A stretch of 64,000 bases of DNA from NCBI GenBank assembly GCA_965205265.1, contig CBDBGH010000003.1, positions 4,192,001 to 4,256,000 on the forward strand. Reading direction: 5' to 3'. The position numbers and the translations under genes were made by a program. The notes under the pieces are model-generated. The model made no database searches and was not told the DNA's origin. It worked only from the letters and a program-made list of their open reading frames with translations. This DNA comes from Alphaproteobacteria bacterium. GTDB lineage: Bacteria > Pseudomonadota > Alphaproteobacteria > Bin95. The first letter of the stretch is position 1. Each line of letters starts with the position of its first letter. Of the stretch, positions 57,418 to 64,000 are shown piece after piece.

Positions 57418-59279
57418 GCCTCGCCGGGGACAAGGAGACGCCGCTCGACTCGTTCAAGCGGGTGACGGCCGCCACGATGCGCGCCATGGGCGACATCGAC
57501 GAGCTGGAAGTCTCCTTCGGACCGGACCGGGCGTCGCTGGAGCGCGGCCACGCCAAGCTGCCGATGCCGGGGCGCGACCTGCCGGCGGCCGAAGCCGCCT
57601 TCGTGCGCGGCGAAGCGGATTCCCTTGCGCTCCGCGAGCGCCATCACGACGCTGAGATGCATGCGCGGCTCGCGCGCGGCGGCCCGCAGGCGCGCGCCGT
57701 GTTCGATGCGCTGGAGCAGGCGCGGATCGAGGCCTGGGGCGCGCGCCACATGACCGGCGCGGCGCGCAACCTCTCCGCGGCCGTCGATGAGCGCTGCCGG
57801 CGGCAGGGCTTCACCCGCGCCGCCTCGGCCGACGACGTGCCGCTGGCGGAAGCCGTCGGCCTCTATGCCCGCGAGACGCTCAGCGGACAGGCCTCCTCGG
57901 ACGTGGCGTCCGGGGTTCTCGACCTCTGGCGGGACTGGTTCGACGAGCGCGCCGCAAAGGCGTTCGCCCGCATGGCCGGCCAGATTCACGACCAGGAGGC
58001 GTTTGCGGCGCTCGCCGGGCGCCTGATGGAGGACCTGGAACTGCTCGACGACGCCGCATCGGGCGAGGAAGAGGGTTCCGAGGACGACGCCGACGATGCG
58101 TCCGAGGACGGCGAGGGCGACGGGACCGAGGGCGAGAGCGACGGGACGCTGATGTCCGATGCCTCGGACATGTCCGATGTCGAGGGAGAAGACACCGGGG
58201 AGGCCGGCGCGGAAGACGCCGATGCGGAGATCATGCCGGGCATGGGCGATGAGGAGCCCGGACGGTCCTCGCCGCAGGAACACCCGATGCACGGCCGCAA
58301 CGACCTCAACGGACCGGCCTACGCCCCCTGGACAGGCGAGTTCGACGAGATCGTCCATGCGGAAGAGCTGTGCGATGCGGACGAGCTCGCGCGGCTGCGC
58401 CATCACCTCGACCAGCAGCTTGCGAGCCTGCAGGGGGTCGTCAGCCGGCTCGCCAACCGCCTGCAGCGCCGCCTGATGGCCCAGCAGGTGCGGGCCTGGG
58501 AGTTCGACCTGGAAGAGGGCCTGCTCGACGCCGCCCGCCTCGCGCGCGTCGTGGCCGACCCGATCCGCTCGCTGTCCTACAAGATGGAGAAGCAGACCGA
58601 CTTCCGCGACACGGTGGTTTCGCTGCTGATCGACAATTCGGGCTCCATGCGGGGCCGGCCGATCTCGGTCGCCGCCATGAGCGCCGACATCCTCGCCCGC
58701 ACACTGGAGCGCTGCGGGGTGAAGACCGAGGTTCTGGGATTCACCACCCGCGCCTGGAAGGGCGGGCAGTCGCGCGAGAAATGGCTGGCGGCCGGCAAGC
58801 CCGCCAATCCGGGCCGGCTGAACGACCTGCGCCATATCGTCTACAAGGAGGCCGACTCGCCGCTGCGCCGGGCGCGCAAGAATCTCGGGCTGATGCTCCG
58901 CGAGGGCATATTGAAGGAGAACATCGACGGCGAGGCGCTGCTCTGGGCGCATCACCGCCTGCTCGGCCGGCCCGAGGACCGGCGCATACTGATGGTGATT
59001 TCGGACGGCGCGCCGGTGGACGATTCCACCCTTTCGGTCAATCCCGGCAACTATCTCGAACGCCATCTGCGCGAGGTCATCGAGTGGATCGAGACGCGCT
59101 CGCCGGTGGAGCTGATCGCCATCGGCATCGGCCATGACGTGACCCGCTATTACCGCCATGCGGTCACGATCTTCGACGCCGACCAGCTCGGCGGGGCGAT
59201 GATGGAGCAGCTTGCCGGCCTCTTCGACGAGGAAAGCCGGCGCCGCCAGGCGCGCAGCCCCGCCCGGCCGTCGCGGTGA
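57414..59279 (+). CDS. cobT: Cobaltochelatase subunit CobT (VWA)
   Basis: Acidic linker; [36 protein letters not shown]. Confidence 0.95.
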   Translation: MSLAGDKETPLDSFKRVTAATMRAMGDIDELEVSFGPDRASLERGHAKLPMPGRDLPAAEAAFVRGEADSLALRERHHDAEMHARLARGGPQARAVFDALEQARIEAWGARHMTGAARNLSAAVDERCRRQGFTRAASADDVPLAEAVGLYARETLSGQASSDVASGVLDLWRDWFDERAAKAFARMAGQIHDQEAFAALAGRLMEDLELLDDAASGEEEGSEDDADDASEDGEGDGTEGESDGTLMSDASDMSDVEGEDTGEAGAEDADAEIMPGMGDEEPGRSSPQEHPMHGRNDLNGPAYAPWTGEFDEIVHAEELCDADELARLRHHLDQQLASLQGVVSRLANRLQRRLMAQQVRAWEFDLEEGLLDAARLARVVADPIRSLSYKMEKQTDFRDTVVSLLIDNSGSMRGRPISVAAMSADILARTLERCGVKTEVLGFTTRAWKGGQSREKWLAAGKPANPGRLNDLRHIVYKEADSPLRRARKNLGLMLREGILKENIDGEALLWAHHRLLGRPEDRRILMVISDGAPVDDSTLSVNPGNYLERHLREVIEWIETRSPVELIAIGIGHDVTRYYRHAVTIFDADQLGGAMMEQLAGLFDEESRRRQARSPARPSR

Positions 59280-60943
59280 CCGCCCCGCTCAGGCCGCGCG
59301 CGGCGCTGACGACGCATGAAGTCTTCAACATGCCGCCGCACATCGGCGACCGGGACCTTTGGGCCGAGGACGCGGTGCTGCAGGAAGCTGTGCGGCGCGA
59401 GGGGGCGGCCTGGGCGGAGGCGCGCATCGCCGCGTTCGGCCGCCTCATCGGCCGCGCCGAAGTTGCGGAGAAGGCGGAGCAAGCCAACCGCCGCAGCCCG
59501 GAGCTGAAGCCCTTCGACCGTTACGGCATGCGGATCGACCGGGTCGAATACCATCCCGCCTATCACGACCTGATGGCGCTCGCGGTCGAGAACGAGGTCG
59601 CGGGCTTCGCCTGGAACCATGCCGGGCCGGGCGCGCATGTCGGCCATATGGCGCTGATCTACCTGATCAGCCAGGTGGAATGCGGCGTGATGTGCCCGCT
59701 GGCGATGACCTATGCGGCGGTTCCCGCGCTCAGGGCGTCGCCGGCCGTCGCCGAAGCCTGGGTCCCGCGCGCCCTGTCCGGCCGCTATGACGGGCGCGAC
59801 GTGCCGGTGGAGGACAAGCCCGGCGCGACCATCGGTATGTTCATGACCGAGAAGCAGGGCGGCTCCGATGTGCGCTCCAACTCGACCCGCGCCCGGCCGG
59901 CGGAGGGCAGGGCCGACGGTTCCTGGCGGCTCACCGGGCACAAATATTTCTGCTCGGCGCCGATGTCGGACGCCTTCCTGACCCTTGCCCGCACCGATGC
60001 CGGCATTTCCTGCTTCGTGCTGCCCCGCTGGACGCCGGACGGCGAGCGCAACGCCATCTCGATCCAGCATCTGAAGGACAAGCTCGGCAACCGCTCCAAC
60101 GCCTCCGTCGAGATCGAACTGGAGGACGCCTGGGCCGTCATGGTCGGGGAGGACGGGCGCGGCATCCGCACGATCATCGACATGGTGCAGGGCAACCGGC
60201 TCTACTGCGCGGTGAGTTCGGCGGCCCTGATGCGCCAGGGTGTCGTGCAGGCCCTTCACCACACCCGCCACCGCAGCGCCTTCCAGCGCCGGCTCGCCGA
60301 CCAGCCGCTGATGCGCAATGTGCTGGCCGACCTTGCGCTGGAAGCCGAGGCGGCGCTCGCGCTCGGCCTCAGGACCGCCCGCGCCGTGGACGAGGCCGAA
60401 GACGGCGGGCAGGCGCGGGCCTTCGCGCGCATCGGCACGGCGATTGCGAAATACTGGGTCTGCAAGCGCGCGCCGGGCCATGCGTTCGAGGCGCTGGAGT
60501 GCCATGGCGGCCCCGGCTACATTGAGGATGGGCCGATGGCCCGGCTCTACCGGGAAGCGCCGCTCAACAGCATCTGGGAAGGCTCGGGCAACGTCGTCTG
60601 CCTCGACGTGCTGCGCGCCATGGCCCGCGAGGAGGAGGCCGTGCCGGCGTTGCTGGCGGAAATCGACGCCGCGCGCGGCGGCCACAAGGCGCTCGACCGG
60701 GCGGCAGATGCGCTGAGGGACGATCTTTCGAGGCCGGAGGAGTTCGAATCCGGCGCCCGGGCGCTCACCGAGCGGATGGCGCTCGCGCTGCAGGCTTCGC
60801 TGCTCGTCCGCCACGCGCCGCAGGCGGTCGCCGACGCCTTCTGCGCCAGTCGACTGGGAGACCGCTGGACCGGCGCCTACGGAACCCTGCCCCCCGCCGC
60901 CGACACAGAAGCCATCCTCGCCCGCGCCCTGCCCGCTGCGTAG
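59276..60943 (+). CDS. Acyl-CoA dehydrogenase, AidB-like
   Basis: [49 protein letters not shown]. Confidence 0.9.
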   Translation: MTAPLRPRAALTTHEVFNMPPHIGDRDLWAEDAVLQEAVRREGAAWAEARIAAFGRLIGRAEVAEKAEQANRRSPELKPFDRYGMRIDRVEYHPAYHDLMALAVENEVAGFAWNHAGPGAHVGHMALIYLISQVECGVMCPLAMTYAAVPALRASPAVAEAWVPRALSGRYDGRDVPVEDKPGATIGMFMTEKQGGSDVRSNSTRARPAEGRADGSWRLTGHKYFCSAPMSDAFLTLARTDAGISCFVLPRWTPDGERNAISIQHLKDKLGNRSNASVEIELEDAWAVMVGEDGRGIRTIIDMVQGNRLYCAVSSAALMRQGVVQALHHTRHRSAFQRRLADQPLMRNVLADLALEAEAALALGLRTARAVDEAEDGGQARAFARIGTAIAKYWVCKRAPGHAFEALECHGGPGYIEDGPMARLYREAPLNSIWEGSGNVVCLDVLRAMAREEEAVPALLAEIDAARGGHKALDRAADALRDDLSRPEEFESGARALTERMALALQASLLVRHAPQAVADAFCASRLGDRWTGAYGTLPPAADTEAILARALPAA

Positions 60944-60959
60944 CGCGTGAGGCTTGCCC

Positions 60960-61736
60960 TCAACGCCCCTTGAAGACGGGCTCCCGCTTCTCGATGAAGG
61001 CGGCCATGCCTTCCTTCTGGTCCTCGGTGGCGAAGGTCGAGTGGAACATGCGCCGTTCGAACTTCACCCCCTCGGAAAGCGGCATCTCATAGGCGCGGTT
61101 GACGCATTCCTTGGTAATCATCGCGGCCGGGCGGGACTTGGCCGCAATCGACGCCGCGACCTCGACCGCCGCATCGAGCAGCTTGTCGGCGGGCACCACG
61201 CGGCTCACCAGGCCCGCGCGCTCCGCTTCGGCCGCATCCATCATCCGGCCCGTCAGGCACATGTCCATGGTCTTCGACTTGCCGATGAAGCGCGCGAGGC
61301 GCTGCGTGCCGCCGCCGCCCGGCAGCGCGCCCAGATTGATCTCCGGCTGCCCGAACCGCGCCGTGTCGGCGGCGATGATGAAATCGCACATCATCGCCAT
61401 CTCGCAGCCGCCGCCGAGCGCATAGCCCGCCACCGCCGCTATAACAGGCTTGCGGCAGCTCGTCACCCGCTCCCAGCCGACGGTGATGAAGTCTTCCAGA
61501 TAGGCGTCCATATAGGTCTTGGGCTGCATCTCCTTAATGTCGGCCCCGGCGGCGAAGGCCCTCTCGGAGCCCGTCACCACGACGCAGCCGACGGCGGCGT
61601 CCGCCTCGAAGGCGTCGAGCGCGCCGGCCAGCTCCTCGATCAGCTTCGCGCAGAGCGCATTCAGCGCTTCCGGGCGGTTCAGGGTGACGATGCCGACCGC
61701 CCCCCGGGTTTCGACCAGGATGTGTTCGTAGCTCAT
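60960..61736 (-). CDS. Enoyl-CoA hydratase
   Basis: [43 protein letters not shown]. Confidence 0.93.
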   Translation of the reverse strand: MSYEHILVETRGAVGIVTLNRPEALNALCAKLIEELAGALDAFEADAAVGCVVVTGSERAFAAGADIKEMQPKTYMDAYLEDFITVGWERVTSCRKPVIAAVAGYALGGGCEMAMMCDFIIAADTARFGQPEINLGALPGGGGTQRLARFIGKSKTMDMCLTGRMMDAAEAERAGLVSRVVPADKLLDAAVEVAASIAAKSRPAAMITKECVNRAYEMPLSEGVKFERRMFHSTFATEDQKEGMAAFIEKREPVFKGR

Positions 61737-61843
61737 CGGGCGCGCTTCCGCCTCCATTGCCGCGGGATTTCGGGAAGGCGGGACTCTGGCCCCCGGCCCT
61801 GCCGGGGTCAACCGGTCCGGCGGGGCCTGCGCGCCGTCCGGGC

Positions 61844-63205
61844 TCACCGCCCGCCGGCGGGGATGAGGCCGCGGGGGCGGAAGCGCATGACCAGCAGCAG
61901 GATGAGGCCCATGACGATGGGCCTCATGTGCGCCGCGCTTTCCAGCAGGTGCGCGCGCAACGCGCTGCCTTCGGGCAGGCCCGCGGTCAGCCCCTGCATC
62001 AGCCAGAGGCCCGCCGGCTCGGCCTCGATCCACACGAACCAGATGAGGAAGCCGCCCAGCACCGCGCCCAGATTGTTGCCGGAGCCGCCGACCACCACCA
62101 TCACCCAGATGAGGAAGGTGAAGCGCAGCGGCTGGTAGCCCGCCGGGGTGAACTGGCCGTCCAGCGTGGTCAGCATGGCGCCGGCGACGCCGACCACGGC
62201 CGAGCCGAGTATGAACACCTGCCGGTGGCGGCGGGTCACGTCCTTGCCGATGGCGCCGGCGGCGGTCTCATTGTCGCGGATCGCCCGCATCATCCGGCCC
62301 CAGGGGGAATGCAGGGCACGCTCCGAGAGCCAGAACACGACCGCCAGCACGGCGAGGAAGAGCCCCGCATAACAGAGCTTGACGAACAGGCTGGAGGACT
62401 GGACCGCGAACTCCCGTAGCGCGGCTTCATGCGCCTCGCCCGTCAGCACCTCGAGGCTCCGGCTGTGCAGCACCGCCACGAGATCGACGAACCAGGGGTC
62501 CCGCTGCAGGTCCACCTCATAGGGCACCGGGCGGCCGAGCCCCGTCACGTTCTTCACCCCGCGCGTCAGCCAGTCCTCGTTCTTCAGCACGGCGATGACG
62601 ATTTCCGATATGCCGAGCGTGGCGATGGCGAAATAGTCCGAGCGCAGGCCGAGCGCGATCCGCCCGATGACGAAGGCGGCCCCGGCGGCGAGCAGCCCGC
62701 CCGCGAACCAGGAGAGGATGATCGGCAGGCCGAGGCCGCCGAGATAGCCGGTCTTGGCGGGCTCCACCGCCTCGATGGCGTCAACGGCGGGATCGAAGAA
62801 GACCCCCGCGCCGAAGAGGCCGGCGAGGGCGACTGCCGCCAGCGCCAGCGCGCGCGTGCGGCTTCGAGGCAGGTACCGGGCGAGCGCCAGCGCAAGCCCG
62901 CCCGCCGCCATCAGCACGATGAGCGCAACAAAGAGGCCCCCGCCGCCCGCCGCCCAGGCGGCCGGCACGGGCGGACGGGAGACGAGCACGCCCGCAAGCC
63001 CGCCCAGCGCCGCAAAGCCCATGATGCCGATATTGAAGAGGCCCGCATAACCCCACTGGATGTTCACCGCGAGCGACATGATTGCGGAGATGAGGCAGAG
63101 ATTGAGCACCGCTAGCGCCAGCGGCCAGGACTGGCCGAAGCCGACCCCGGCCAGCCCCGCGCCCACAATGGCGAGCGCCGCCGCGTTCCGGATGGCCGGC
63201 GTCAC
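61844..63205 (-). CDS. Branched-chain amino acid ABC transporter permease (LivM-like)
   Basis: [45 protein letters not shown]. Confidence 0.88.
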   Translation of the reverse strand: MTPAIRNAAALAIVGAGLAGVGFGQSWPLALAVLNLCLISAIMSLAVNIQWGYAGLFNIGIMGFAALGGLAGVLVSRPPVPAAWAAGGGGLFVALIVLMAAGGLALALARYLPRSRTRALALAAVALAGLFGAGVFFDPAVDAIEAVEPAKTGYLGGLGLPIILSWFAGGLLAAGAAFVIGRIALGLRSDYFAIATLGISEIVIAVLKNEDWLTRGVKNVTGLGRPVPYEVDLQRDPWFVDLVAVLHSRSLEVLTGEAHEAALREFAVQSSSLFVKLCYAGLFLAVLAVVFWLSERALHSPWGRMMRAIRDNETAAGAIGKDVTRRHRQVFILGSAVVGVAGAMLTTLDGQFTPAGYQPLRFTFLIWVMVVVGGSGNNLGAVLGGFLIWFVWIEAEPAGLWLMQGLTAGLPEGSALRAHLLESAAHMRPIVMGLILLLVMRFRPRGLIPAGGR

Positions 63206-64000
63206 AGCACCCGCCCCCGGAAGATGCCCGACGGCCGCAGCAGCAGGACGAGCACCAGGATCATGAAGGAGACGGCGAATTTGTAGTCGGTCGAGAGAAG
63301 CTGGGCGAGGCCGTCCGGCTGCCAGGGCCCGGGCAGCAGGTAGTGCAGGAACTTCTTCCAGGCATAGGTGACGGTGACCTCGGAGAAGGCGACGATTACC
63401 GCGCCGACGACGGCACCGACCGGCTGGCCGATGCCGCCCAGTATCGCGGCGGCGAACATCGGCAGCAGGAGCTGGAAATAGGTGAAGGGCTTGAAGCTCT
63501 TGTCGAGGCCGTAAAGCGCGCCCGCTATGGCGGCGAGCGCGGCCGCGATCGCCCAGGCGATGAGCACGACGCGCTCCGGATTTATGCCGGAGAGCAGCGC
63601 AAGGTCCTCATTGTCGGAATAGGCGCGCATGGACTTGCCCGTGCGGGTGCGCTGCAGGAAGCGGAAAAGCAGGAAGACCGCGACGACGGCAATGACGACC
63701 GTCAGGCATTGCGTCGTCTTGATCGAGAGGCCTTCGGCGAGCCCCGTCGCCCGCTTGAATTCCCGCGCCTTCACGATGAAGCGTTCGCCGTCCGTGAATT
63801 GACGGTCGCCGGGGCCGATGATGAAGCGCACTGCGCCGTTCAGCAGGAACATGACGCCGAGCGAGGCCATGACGAGCACGATGGGGGCGCTGCGCTGCCG
63901 GCGGTAGAAGCGGAACACCAGCCGGTCGGCGGCGAGCGCCGCGGCGATGGCGGCAAGGATGCCGAAGGGCAGCGCCAGCAGCGCCGTCGGCAGGGGCCCG
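63202..64000 (-). CDS. Branched-chain amino acid ABC transporter permease (LivH-like); 5' end outside the window
   Basis: TRTGKSMRAYSDNEDLALLSGIN, FAAAILGGIG, LLLRPSGIF. Confidence 0.88.
   Translation of the reverse strand, partial: GPLPTALLALPFGILAAIAAALAADRLVFRFYRRQRSAPIVLVMASLGVMFLLNGAVRFIIGPGDRQFTDGERFIVKAREFKRATGLAEGLSIKTTQCLTVVIAVVAVFLLFRFLQRTRTGKSMRAYSDNEDLALLSGINPERVVLIAWAIAAALAAIAGALYGLDKSFKPFTYFQLLLPMFAAAILGGIGQPVGAVVGAVIVAFSEVTVTYAWKKFLHYLLPGPWQPDGLAQLLSTDYKFAVSFMILVLVLLLRPSGIFRGRVL

Noticed and set aside
56410-59279. cobS-cobT without cobN as a novel chelatase system
   Set aside because: bolA, a J-domain gene and cobS-cobT located apart from cobN is a common alphaproteobacterial arrangement.

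Overview
High-GC alphaproteobacterial chromosome segment. Housekeeping flanks: fumarase, sspB, a permuted two-piece tmRNA and eipB on the left; mutL, pgi, lspA, ileS, dksA, the glycine-riboswitch gcvTHP operon, rpmF-plsX-fabH-ihfA-merR, csp, secA, cobST and others on the right. Between them (about 2.1-30.9 kb) is a proteusin (NHLP) RiPP cluster whose precursor core is LCCCW, the core I recall for the sponge-microbiome srp clusters. It encodes a YcaO cyclodehydratase, a flavin-dependent Trp halogenase, two NHLP ABC exporters and an MMPL/LolA-like/outer-membrane export set. It also encodes three unusual tailoring genes: an ABBA-like prenyltransferase candidate, a class II terpene-cyclase-like enzyme fused to its own NHLP leader, and an AlkB-type diiron oxygenase fused to a degenerate GlnE domain. 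Together these suggest a halogenated, thiazoline-containing, terpenoid-decorated pentapeptide (inference). The cluster carries three copies of a 1916-bp IS1634-family element with long target duplications (288, 143 and 151 bp). One copy splits the prenyltransferase candidate and another has an IS21 element nested inside it. A lower-GC HEPN/DUF4209-like gene and REP-like nested inverted repeats lie in the housekeeping part. All family calls come from motif recognition, not database searches.
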